From Lepidodermella squamata (taxonomy: Eukaryota; Animalia; Gastrotricha), in assembly GCA_047495785.1 (NCBI GenBank), contig JBLDXI010000025.1:2294001-2358000 (forward strand): a DNA stretch of 64,000 nt, given 5' to 3'. Below are positions 36,934 through 49,049 of this stretch, one piece after another (positions within the stretch are counted from its first letter, which is position 1; every line of letters begins with the position of its first letter). The translations under genes and the position numbers were made by a program. Under the pieces are notes generated by a model, which had not been told where the DNA came from, did not search any database, and saw only the letters and a program-made list of their open reading frames with translations.

Positions 36934-38203
36934 TCACTTAAAATTCAAAACTTTTGACAGCGAGATGAAAGAATTGAACTGCTGAGATAATTCAGCTACA
37001 ACAGACATAAATTCTTTTCGAATCAATAAAGTGAGTTCATAGCATTTCGAAAACAATGCCATCTTCTGACAGGTCTCCCTTGTATCGCCAGAGGACCACA
37101 ACATGAGAAGCGCTTGGTAAATTTGCCGCTGCAATCGGACAATCCTTCCAGCCACCCTCGCGTCGTCAACTAAAAGAAGCAATCGTGAACCTTTAAAGAG
37201 TTAGACCTAGAAAAATTACCGTGGAAGAATATGGTTCCTAAAATGAGTGAACTCTCAATGAAAGACGGGTTCAATTGAGCGAGACAATCAGCCAACTGGC
37301 TGCATGCGGCAAACGTTGACTGGAGAGTAAAAACTACATTGCCATAACTAAGAAAACTAAAACCGCTTACCTTGAACCCCGGGAAAGATTTAAGGGCCAC
37401 TTCCATAAATGAGTTAGACACGCCTAGTGTCGAGGGAGGGCTTCCGTTAGGTAGGCAGTTGAATAGAGCTTTCACTTGGACAACGCTTGTCGATTTGAGC
37501 GCATCTAAGTCATTCCAAGTAAGGTACATTGGTTCCATTTCTGCAAAACCCGTTTATTGCGAAGAATATTCCCATTATCAGGCCATACCTTTGAAAAATT
37601 TGCCATATTTTTCACAAATTTTCGACTCCATTGCTGTTTGTTCAAGGCCTAATCCAAGTACCTTTTCGATGTCATTGATCTCCGCGTTGGGTCTTTTCAG
37701 CGGCACCGATTCAAGGCCGTGGAATAGAGTGAAGGCCTTCGCTGCGCACAGCATCATAGATTCAGCTTTCGAACATTGATTGGTTTGTGGGTTCGTGATT
37801 ATCGTACGAGGGGATCGCGCACTGCCAGGGGAATCAGACAACGACGCTGGGGAGCTTGAACATTGTTCGACATGTGCCTTCGCCATGAATTTACCTTGAT
37901 ACAGATAAGAATAGCATAATTTTTAGGAATCGCGGGATATAGGCTTACTTTGCAATCCAGCAGCTACGCATCTGTCGTAACGGCAAAGCGGGCACAGTTG
38001 GCCCTTTAAATGGCTGGCCAACTTGCATGGTGAACGGTTCTGGTCATCGCCTTCCTTGCCTTTATCCTGTACACAGACCAGTGCTTCAGGTTTTCCGCAA
38101 TGGCGCCTGAAGAATTTTTGACACGCCTCGCATACTGTAGGTTGATAGTCTTTGCGCCGAGGAACGACAGACGTGCAAACAGAACAGAAGCGATGGGAGG
38201 CAT
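36934..38203 (-). pseudogene. Nuclear receptor NR-j, a recent duplicate of NR-i with a 7-bp deletion removing the first zinc-finger Cys; LBD frame intact
   Basis: Reads CTG TTTGCACG where NR-i has CTG TGTAAAATTTGCACG (near 38177-38179). Exons 2-5 are open to VLNFK*. Confidence 0.8.
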
Positions 38204-38910
38204 TTTTACTCGAGGAAAAGTGTCGGATAATGAAAGACTATAAGGTGCTATATCCTAATACGAAATCGATGCATTGATGAATGACATCTGAGCTTTTATA
38301 TTACTACATAATTTAATCCTTTCGTTCGTGGACATGTCGTGGACATAAAAAATAGCGAGTGCCTAATCGATGTCATGAGTGTTTTTTTAAATTAATCAAT
38401 TATATTTGGCAGCGTAAGGTTTTTCGGTTACGGTGAGTGTTAAGGTGAATGCCGGTTGCTAGTGTTAGAAGAGGTGAGAAGACAGAAATAAACTTGAATC
38501 ACGGCGGAGTTGTGGACCCCGGACAGGAGTAATAAGCGGATAAAAGCAGAAACAAAAGGAAGGAACGTGGAGAAGAATAGAACGTATAAGCAAGAGTGTA
38601 GCGGAAAAGAGAAGATTAGTTCACGAAGACAACGAGCGGGCCCTATCATCAGCTGAAAGAAACAACATTCAACCTTTCAAAATCGATCTTCGAGAAATCA
38701 CCATGAAAACTTTCAGTGAAAGGCGCGGGTCCAGCTAAGCGAGGCAGTCATCCGATCGGCTACAAGCGTCAACCGTTGACTGGAGAGAGAATCCACATTT
38801 CAATTGTTCTTCTTTTGCCCATGATAGTGAGATCAATCATATTTGTTTACCAGCTTAGATTATAGGGTACTTCATGAATTTATTAACTAAACCTATTACC
38901 GCCGCCGAGG

Positions 38911-41900
38911 TTAAACGAACAAGAAACAGCGACGACAAATGAAACTGTAGCACGGTAAAGCCAGGAAAGCTAGCACGGCTTCACCAGCCGCATTCAGGTT
39001 CACAGCTAAATTCGTCGGCCAGCTGTTTTCTGGCATGTTGGTTTGGTTCTGATAGTGAAATGTGGTGATGACCTCAGGTTTCATTGTCGTTGTGCCTTTC
39101 GACACCGTTGCAACATTCGAAGTAGAGGTTTCCGTTGAAGGCACTGTCGTCGATGTAATGGTTGTCCTATCTGTTTTCGAAGCCTTTGTGGTAGGAGTAA
39201 CTATCCACACCGTTGCTACATTCGAAGTAGAGGTTTCCGTTGAAGGCAAGGTCGCCGATGTGATGGTTGTCCTATCTGTTTTCGAAGCTTTTGTGGTGGA
39301 TTTACCTATCGACGCCGTTGCCGCATTCGAAGTAGAAGTTGTCGTTGAAGGCAAGGTCGTCGATGTGGTGGTTGTCCCATGTGTTTTCGAAGCCTTTGTG
39401 GTGGAAGTAACTAACGACGTCGTTCGTACATTCGAAGCAGAAGTTTTCGTTGAGGGCACTGTCGTCGATGAGGTGGACGCCCTATCTGTTTTAGAAGCCT
39501 TTGTGGTGGAAGTACCTATCGACGCCGTTGCCACTTTCGAAGTAGAAGTTTTCGTTGAAGGCACTGTCGTCGATTTGGTGGTTTTACTGATGGTCGTAGA
39601 GGAATATTTATTTTTGCGGGTAGTTGGCTGTGTTCGCATCGTCGTCCTCAGGTTCGTTGTCGGCCTAACAGTTGTTGTTCGTGGCAACATGGGAGGATCT
39701 GGAATAATCCATGGATCCGTATAGTTGGTATCACGCCTTTCCCAATCATAAACATGAGCACCGAAATTGTCACAGGGCGGATTTCCACAAATAGGCATTG
39801 CTTCGCTACATTTATTATTCAAGCAATATTTCCTTCCGTTTGAGCAAGGCATACCATCCGGTGTCAAACCAGAATTTGGAAACTAAATCATGGGAAAAAT
39901 TAGAATTGAAGACTTAGTAATGACTCAATCATATGAAAGGGAAAAGAAATCTTACGCATATAAGAACTCACCGCATCGCTGTCGAAAGAATAACACCCGT
40001 TTCGAATTGCGTAGTGGAATTGGCGCTCTTTCAATACCCACTCAGCAGCATTCCAACATGTCAGCGATCCACATTCGGCATCTTCTGCATTAGCACAACG
40101 ATGAAATAAGTTCCTGCTTTCATACCCGCAGTGAGCCCCTACTGTCCCTAGCATATTATTCGGTTGGCATTCAGATGCTCGATCCTCGTAAAACCTCCCA
40201 AGCATCAAGCGGGGACAGATCTCCTGCCGGCTTAAGCATTCACCCGCATGACATGTTCCGTTCAATTTCGACCAGAAATAAGTGATTTCGCAGGGCGTTC
40301 CTGTCATGAAGACTCGATCTTTCGGGCAAGTCGGTGAATTCCCAGAGCAATATTCAGCCAGGTCACACTGCGAAGTCGCAGCCCGGCAACGCTTCGATTT
40401 GCCGTAGAACGAGCATGTCGAGGGATTGCAGCATTCACCTTGGGCGCAGGCGGCGCGCTTGCTCAGTTTGCATGTTCTAGAATCGCAGCATTGCTTGTTT
40501 TTGCAAAACAGCCCCGGAAAATTATTTCTTCCAGGCGGCCCTTGCTCTATCCCACAGTCGCATTCCTCGCCCTTTTCCACAATACCATTACCGCAAATTC
40601 CTTCCTTAATACCATAATTCGGGCTTATTTCCGGTGGTTTCTTGAGACAATAAGGCGCTAATCGGCTAAGGCTTTTCAAGTGTCCACTTATGAAGCTACG
40701 CGAGCAATTCGACCACGCCCAATCGGCTTTCCGTTCACTTTCATCAACATCCGAATCAGCTTGCATGACGCAATTGCGATCATAACTGGGACATGAGCAA
40801 TTCTCAGTATCGTGAGCCGCATCTAAAATTTCAACGGGTATTATTATTATTTAAATAGCTAAGTATTCTTTGTTTAACCAACTCACCAAACCCATGTCCT
40901 AGTTCGTGCGATATTGTGGACGAAAGCTGTAAAATTCGCCCTGGTAATGTTGTATATCGTCTTCCTGACTTGACAACAGCCAAGCTTGCTGTTACATTTC
41001 GATATTTACAGACACTTTGACGGCGCGTAATGCCGATAATATTACGTTGCTTATCAAATCGAGGATGCAAATGTTTGAATAAAATTACGTAATCAAAACT
41101 TTTAGAGTAGTTGAAATCTGACCAGATATTCTCCTTCACGTAAGCTATGTCGCTATCAATGTCCCAAGCCGTGTCGTTGTACGAGGATTCATTAAGTATT
41201 TTAATTAGAGGTAAGTAAATCAAAACGTTATTTTGAGACCAAACCAAGTTGACATAATTGAAGATGTTTGATATCACTGAAAAAGTATGATCTACATTTG
41301 ACTCGAAAATTGTTGTAAAGGCGCTTGCTGTTACGAGAGCAAGAACTCGTAAGTGATACCATTGGCGATGTTGAATATCCCTCGTTAGCTCATGTATCCA
41401 TTCATAATTCAAAGATATCAAGGTGGGATCTGTAAAAACTTGTTTAATGTCTGAATGATTTTGATATTCGCCAAGCATCGAAAAATTCCACAACTTTGTG
41501 TCACCACCCTCAATGGAAATGATAGCTTTATCGCCCGGTAACCAAACCAGCCCAGATGTGAAGCCAGGGCAAAAGCTGAACATGCATTTTGTCAGGTGGG
41601 AAGATTTTTCAAAAGAGGCCAAGCCGTTGTATTGACAAGATTTGTAGGTCCCGATGGTGCCTTCGAAATCGATGTTGAAGTTCAGTGGCATAAATCGCCG
41701 GTTTATTGCCAACTCACATCGGCCGTTATGGTCAGTTTTAGGAATGACAAAATTGACAACCAGCGTGTTGGGATTTTCCTCCTCAGTTGCAAGATTCCGG
41801 CTCTTACTATTCAATGGCTTCGTCACAGTAACACGGCCAGGACCAAGAGGTTTCTCGTGCCATGTACCAAAGCCATTGAGCTCTTGGTCTGACAGCTTCA

Positions 41901-41934
41901 AATGCATGAGCAAAAAGGTTGCAAGGAGAAGCAT
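38911..41934 (-). CDS. ADAM-family (reprolysin M12B) metalloprotease-disintegrin, 956 aa, with mucin stalk and hydrophobic C-terminus
   Basis: Exons 41934-40887, 40822-39972, 39882-38911. HELGHGFDAAHD with the CVM Met-turn. Disintegrin CGNGIVEKGEECDCG..CRAATSQCDLAEYC; Cys-rich CGSLTC and TPDGMPC. Confidence 0.9.
39079..39573 (-). repeat. Coding 105-bp (35-aa) tandem repeat, ~4.7 copies, Thr/Ser-rich
   Basis: STTVPSTKTSTSKVATASIGTSTTKASKTDRASTS-type units begin at 39573 and recur every 105 bp down to 39153. Confidence 0.9.
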
Positions 41935-42551
41935 TAATTTCTTAAATCGAACAACAAAGTTTGATTTGTCGGTGGTGATCCAAGCAGCTGAAATACTTAC
42001 AGATCAAGTCACATTACGAGCTAGGTAAAAAGATGTGAATTTCTTTAGGATCAATGAGGTGGAAGTTTTTACTGAGTTAGAGCGAACAGCATCGCAAGTC
42101 AATATTGTTGCCATCGATGTCGTTGCGGCTGAAGATAGTTTTACAGGGCCATGATGGTCATCACTGCCTTTGTATGGTTCGGTTGGTCTGGCTCAGGTCC
42201 AGAGTTGAGTCCACAGTCGTCTGGGTCACCCAAAATTCAGTTACCGTTGGACCTACGTCGGTGTCAGTAGTGTCGCTCAAAAAGCGATAAGGCTGGCATC
42301 GTTCTAATTCTTTTCGTTAATGAATAATGAGGCATTTTCTGAAAAGTCTACAGGTACTTGAATCCTATGGACAGCTATGGACAGTCGCTATGGACCCGAC
42401 TCTATGGGACAGCTATTGTCAGATTATCGGGTCCCCCTATCATAGGAACCAAATTTGCAGTGAGCGGAGCCTAAATTGCTGTTGCGAAACCAAATTTCGG
42501 AATTTTCATTGGGCCTGAAACCACTTTGGTGAACTTCCAAGGATGTTATTA

Positions 42552-42721
42552 TAGGGTACGGCGACAAAACAGCAAATTTGCAGAACAGCGAATGCGACAA
42601 AACAGCAAAAACCTACCGTGTAAGAGGTGCATCTTGTTTCTGCTGTTATGTTGAAAATTGAAAATGTTGCTGTTTTCTCGTTGTTGCTGTTTGGCTATTT
42701 GCTGTTATGACGGTCAGCCTA
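42552..42721. mobile_element. Degenerate ~170-bp MITE-like inverted repeat with AACAGC subrepeats
   Basis: The left arm CGACAAAACAGCAAAT pairs with the right arm ATTTGCTGTTATGACG. AACAGC repeats on the left and GCTGTT on the right. Confidence 0.55.
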
Positions 42722-43090
42722 TGGAAATGCCTATGGGCCATGGAAATTCTAAATAATTTATTTCATATTAAGGGTGAAAATCTATCAACTTCTTTAAGAA
42801 ATCATATGTTCCCTGAAATTCTCATGATTATTCTGAAATCAATATTTGGCATGTTTTGAGTCATGTTCCGCTTCAGGAAATTACGTTCTTCGGAAGTTTT
42901 TCGGCTATAGATTAACCTTCTCCCACGACTCATCCTCCCCCACTCGAGTGGTCGCTGGGATACAAAATCTTCATCCCAGTGTGCACCAAAGTCGCACTGC
43001 TCATCTCGAAAACAAACACAGCTTCATCCTGTCAACGAATAAGGCGTAGCGCACGAAACCACTCATGCGTGAAAGTTAGCACCTAGGAAA

Positions 43091-45137
43091 ATGTTCAACT
43101 TCCTGGTCTATTATGGCCTGTTTTCAATTTTTCATCGCGTTCATGCAGACCATGTAACAATCGGCTTCAACGCAACAATTGATTGCCGCCGTCCGCCTAA
43201 TCCTGGGCCCTGCCGCGAATATTTGCCGCTCTACTACTATAACAGAACTCGAGGTGAATGCCGGACGTTTTGGTTCGGCGGCTGTGGCGGGAATCTAAAT
43301 CGCTTCACGGAGGAAGCCGACTGTCTAGCCGCGTGCTACGACCCTAAACTGCCTGGAGCTTACGAAAGGCTGCAACGAGCACTTTGGAAGCAGCAACTTC
43401 AAAATCCGATCGATGGACCTGAAACAGGCAGTGGTTACCTGCTACCACCGGATGTAGCAAAATTGGATCCGATATGCCGTTTGCCGCTTATAACGGGTTG
43501 CTATGATAAAGAAATCGCTAGTGTGACGAAATTTTACTTTGACACGCGACTTGGCCGCTGTTTACCGGCCCGGTTTTGTGACGAAGAGCAGCGGCTTTTG
43601 AATCGAAATCAGTTCAGGAATTATGAAGCATGCAGAAGAATTTGCATGCCGGAAACTTACTTGAACGAGGTTTGCTTCAAATTCTCTCGAAATATTGCGT
43701 ACCCTGAAATAATTTTTCCAAAATTTGATTTGACCGTTATAACGAGTGAAAAGCGGCAAATTTTCTGCTGTATTTTCCAGCAAATAGCAAAAAGTGTGTT
43801 GCCGTGAAGAGGGATGATTTTTGGATATCTACTAAGTATTTCTTGAGGAATTCGAACCTCCAGGTCCCATCCACCTCAAAAGACGAAAGGCCCCAAAGTG
43901 TCGCCTAAAAAGCTTATTGATTTAGTTTGACAAGGAAGCACTAGCTTCATTCCAATAACATTTTTGAATATCTAGTAAGATTCCTCACCTCAGGTTACCC
44001 TAATAATCCACCTCGACTGCGCAAAGGAAAATAGCGTCACAATTTATTGCGCGAATATATTGCATCATATATTGCGCGATTAATTGATGCAATAAAAAGC
44101 TCATTTTTTAAGCGCGCATTATTCAAAATGAGTCGGTGACATCACGATCCTACGAAAGTCCTACGATGTCAAACATTATTTCGCCAAACCCCACTTCTCA
44201 CTTGTTAACGGTCAATTGAAATACCAAAATTTAATTTAATTTAATTTAAAAGTGAGGTTAGATCTCCAGTTTAGCAGATCCGAATTCTCACTATTAATTA
44301 TTTTATTCATTTAATTTAATTTATTCATTTTTACCAATTTGGCGAATTCGATTTCGACCAATTTTGCGGGCCTGGTTAAAATGGGCTCTGCAACGTGAAA
44401 TTTAAGGTTTCCCAAATCTTAACCTCTAACCTGTTTCCTGTTAATCTTAGGGATGAGAAATGCATCATTTTCGATTAGAACATTCGAAATCGCAGCCAAC
44501 GACAACTCAGTAACGACATTTCAGCTAACGATTCGATTTTATGCTACACAACTTTTTATTTTTTTCCCAATTTTGTCTACAAAGTATAATATTTCAATTT
44601 TAATTTAATATTTTTAATTTTTCGACCAACAATATTTTTCTCAATTTTATTTTTTTATTGACGCTGTTCGCTTCTCACAAAAAGTATAAATATATATGTT
44701 TATCTTCCTATTTACCAATATAGCCCAAGCTGATTAGAGGGCAAATTCTGCCGACACCGAGACCAACACAAACAACGCCTGAAGCCGAAAAGAAATCTGA
44801 CAAAGGCGTACCAGGTATCGAATGGGTGACAATGAAGCTATTCCCAAGCGACACATACGACAAGCAAAATGCAGGACACGACGCGTCGGACGACCGGCTA
44901 TTTGTTCGCTACCTCGACAAATACCGCAAATTGATGAACGGAATATGCGCGGGAGTGCCATTCGAGTCGATGAACGTCGCGAACGCGGAGGAGTGCGCGC
45001 GGTTTTGCGACGCATTCCCACGCACCCGTTGCACCTGGTTCACCCTCAACGCCGGCCTGTGCTACCTTAAAACAGGTTGCGAAGAGCGAACATTCGACGA
45101 CGATGACAGTATTCAATCATATCAACGAATTATTTAA
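43091..45137 (+). CDS. Secreted Kunitz (P1 Arg) + variant-Kunitz + PAN protein (KP3)
   Basis: Exons 43091-43669 and 44724-45137 (phase 0). PGPCREY..FGGCGGNLNRF; PAN CAG..ECARFC..C..F....C.LKTGC. Confidence 0.87.
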
Positions 45138-46180
45138 CAACAAAATATTCGCTTAAATCGATCTTTCATTAAAAAAATGTAATTAAGTGAGAAAAAAGTG
45201 TAATGTTTATTATCACGCAGTTTTATATTGAAAGGCACTAGCTATAAACATATTAGTATCAATGGTATTATTTTTTTTAAATAAAAATGGATAAATATTT
45301 GTATTAACGGTTTTTTGTCGCGGTTGCTAACAGCAATAAATGCCACCTTGTCACGCGCGACATAACAATAATTACGCTCTTTAGCTTTTACCACAGCTGC
45401 CATTTTTCCATCATAGGTGTTTTTGTGTTAGCTTCACTTTACAACTTTTTTTGCGCTCGTCACTTAAACGCGCATATATACAACATTCGTGTCATACTGC
45501 GAGAGGGCTTTTTTGAATTTCAACGATAAAATAATTATTATAAATAATAATAATGAAATTACCAACAACAACGCACCCTTTTAGGTAAATGTTTGGAAGC
45601 AACGCGAATTTATTAGTATTGCATATATAAAATAATAATAATAATAAAAGAAGAGTAAATGATTTGAATTCCATTACATTTATTTTATTATCAAATAGCC
45701 ATTAGGCATGGCGTGTTATACTTTCACCTATCATGCCTCTATGTTAAGAAGGAAAAAATTTCGGCAACAAATGGCTGTTTTGTATAAACGTGTACTCAAG
45801 ATAGAGCTGTCAAAAAAGTTTCGTCTCTTAACTTTGAAATTTCCACGCACTCTGCGCGCGCACAAAAATGGCGCCACGAGCCTGATGCAACGGGTAATAT
45901 ATGCGTTTTTGATTGCTCTGTTTATATTAATATGCCTTATTAAGTGAGGCCAGATAAGTATCGCTAACAGCCGCCTCTCGTTACCTGTACACACGAAAGC
46001 AATGCCGTGCACGCGCCACTTGATGCCCGGCCCGCGTTAGCCACCCTAAATCACGCTACGCTGGTCATTATCGCCGCTGGATCTACTTTTTTACATCTTT
46101 CTCGCTTCTTATAATTGTCTAGTAATTTTCAAATTATAGGGTCAAATTATTTTGCTATTTAAAAATAATTTGACGCTGAC

Positions 46181-48764
46181 ATGGCACGCGGCCAACAGTC
46201 GGCGATATTCGGACTGGCTATAGCTACGGTAATTTGACCTATTTTTATCGCTAATTTTATTGCCATAGGATTCGCCATAATTTAGAAAAAAGTTCAATTA
46301 AATCATCCTATATAGGCAAAATTTCGTAATGCCATTTTCAATACTCAATTTTTCCTAATTTATTTTAGAATAATTAATTAATTAATTATTAATTTTTCAT
46401 CATTTTTTAATTTTTTTAGAATTTTTTCAATATTTTTTAGGAATATCTATATTTTTCCGATTTCTGATTTGTGATGCTGAATTTTCTAGTTATTTTTATC
46501 GACCGCCATCGCCCAGACCGAAAATCCGAAATGTTCCGGTCCTCCCGACCAAGGCCCATGTACAAGCTTCTCGACGAAATTTTACTACGACACGCGGGAG
46601 CGGAAGTGCAAAAATTTTCGTTACGGCGGTTGCGGCGGGTCGATTGACAATCGCTACGACTCGATGACCGAGTGCATCCTCGAGTGTTCGAAGGACGAAC
46701 CGCGCGACTTCCAACTGTACATCTACGACCCTTACGCGCCAACAGCGGCGCCGTCGAGAACGCCGCGTGTTCTGACGCAGACAACGCAAGAAGCGCCCAA
46801 GACAACGCAGCCGCCGGTCAGTGCCGAGTGCAATCAACCGCAACCGTTCAGCGGCTGCATCACCCTGTGGGATTTTTACACGTTCAAATTTTACTACGAC
46901 ACCGATTTAAAAACATGCGCTCGCATGAGATTCTGCGCGTATGCCTCGGTTTTCGGCCCGCTTTTGCCCAGTTATCGCGGGCAGAATTTGTTTAATACCG
47001 AGGAGGAGTGCCGTAGTCGGTGTGGTTTGGATGGGTCGACGACTAGCTCGGGATCTACGACTACAACTGCATCGACTGGTTCGACTACTACTACTACAAC
47101 TGCTGCGACGACTGAAGCGCCGAAAATTCTCAGTGTTGGTCCCTGGTGGCAAGGCAAAGTCGCTACTGAGATGAAGCTGTGTAAACAAATTATTTTTAAT
47201 TTCATAATTTTTCATTTTTTTCTTGAGCCGATAAACTCGCACAGCAATTACCGCCCGGGCCAATATTTTTTTACCAAAATTGTTCAATTTTTCAAATTGC
47301 GGCCTGTAATGTGCGATTTTTTAGGTCTCGGTAAATAGAGACCGGGCTATAACAAAAAAGGCGACATGAAAAATTAGGTCAAACCACTTGATGAGCGAGA
47401 CAATTTGACGCGTGCACCTTGTTTTCGCGATAAATAGCTATTGTTAAGCGCTAATTTCAACTCTCGCAGTTCTGATATCATTATTTTATATTTTTTTGCC
47501 TGTTTTTTGCAAGTTTGGCTGCATGTTTCGGTGCATTAATTTTGGCACCTTTTGTTTTCCTCTGGCCGTTTTGGCGTAGTCCCGTTTTTTTTATTAAAAA
47601 ATAGCTGTAATTCAATTTTTTCATCGTCGTCGTAGACTCCTAAACCCGCAAGGGTAAAGGGTAAAGGCCTTCAAACCGTGATGACGTTTCAAAAACAAAT
47701 TCATTTAGTCATTTGGTCAATTCTTTCATTATAAGGCCTTCATAGCAAAATTGATTTCGCTTCACTCGAGTGCATTTGAAAGATGTTACATTCGTATTTC
47801 GAAAATTACCGACAGATTCCAAACGGGTTTTTTCGGGTTTTTTGTCGCGAATTTTATTTTTCTTTGGTGAAAGTGTATAGGATAGAGAATGCTTTCTGAG
47901 ATTTTATATTCCAAATCCCGAAATATTCTGAAAAAATTGAAAACTCAAGTTCAGTGTGTACAAAAAAATCATCATATTTCACCTAACGAGAGCATGAATT
48001 CACTTTCGGCAGATGAATTGGGGTGATTCCTTTTCGTGTATTGAGCGTGATTTATTTCGGAATTCGGATTTATTTTGAATATCGGTGAATTAGGATACTC
48101 ACAGGGCCCTTTGAGGGGATTTCACAACCTCAAAACCCAACCCAATGATGGTGATTTTTCTTATTATTTTCTAATATTTTAAAATTATTCTATAATTATT
48201 CTATGTATTATAACGAAAACTTACTAGTTTGTTGATCCTCATTTTTTTTAATTTTTTTACCAAAATTTTACCAAAAATTTATTATGATAATTTTCTCCAT
48301 TTTTCGGATTCAGTGACCCAGCTGGATTTATATTCAATTTTTTCCTAATATTAATTATTAATTCTCTCATTTTAATCCTTTTTCCAGACGAGTGGGCTAC
48401 AAGTCCTCGAACAACGCTCTCACCTGACGCGAATACGCCACCGAGCCCGTTGGCGAAATACCGCAAAGTCGCGTATCAGTGCTACGGCGAGATAATCGAA
48501 CGATTCTTAATCAAGGACAGCCTAGAATGCGCCAAATTCTGCGAGCGCTTCCACCTGGTCGAAAAATGTAACTCCTTCTCGCTGACGCACGACGGCATGT
48601 GCGTTCTACGTCAATATTGCTTGATATTGCCGCGAGGCGGCTACTTGGACGCGGATAACGAGGAGGGCTACTACTACCACAACGGTTACTGGCTGCCGAC
48701 GCAACTTCGAGTCACAACTTCATACGTTCGAATCGGCGATAGCAATGACGATGACAGAAAATGA
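46181..48764 (+). CDS. Secreted Kunitz (P1 Thr) + variant-Kunitz + Thr linker + PAN protein (KP4)
   Basis: Exons 46181-46228, 46490-about 47180, 48388-48764. The exon 2 donor is uncertain (GT at 47181, or GC at 47154). QGPCTSF..YGGCGG. Confidence 0.82.
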
Positions 48765-49049
48765 TAAGAAAAATGATAGCTGAATATGCTAGGCTGATAT
48801 TTTATCCATGACTTTTCTCCCGATTTTTTTATTCGCGTCAAGGAATGCCAAGGAAGAAATGAGAATAAAATTGAAAGAAAATTTGAGTTTTATTGTTGTC
48901 GCCTTTTTTAAATGCGCTAATTTGTTTATTTGTTCCTCGCACCGGTCGCGTTTAAATGTCACCTTTGTTTACACGAGTTGAAAAGAGATATTTTAATGTG
49001 GATTTAATTATTTAAATTTTTATCTGCAATTAATTCACTGAGCCAAATT

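Noticed and set aside
39062-39724. 220-aa Val/Glu-rich plus-strand ORF
   Set aside because: It is the antisense shadow of the ADAM Thr-rich repeat.
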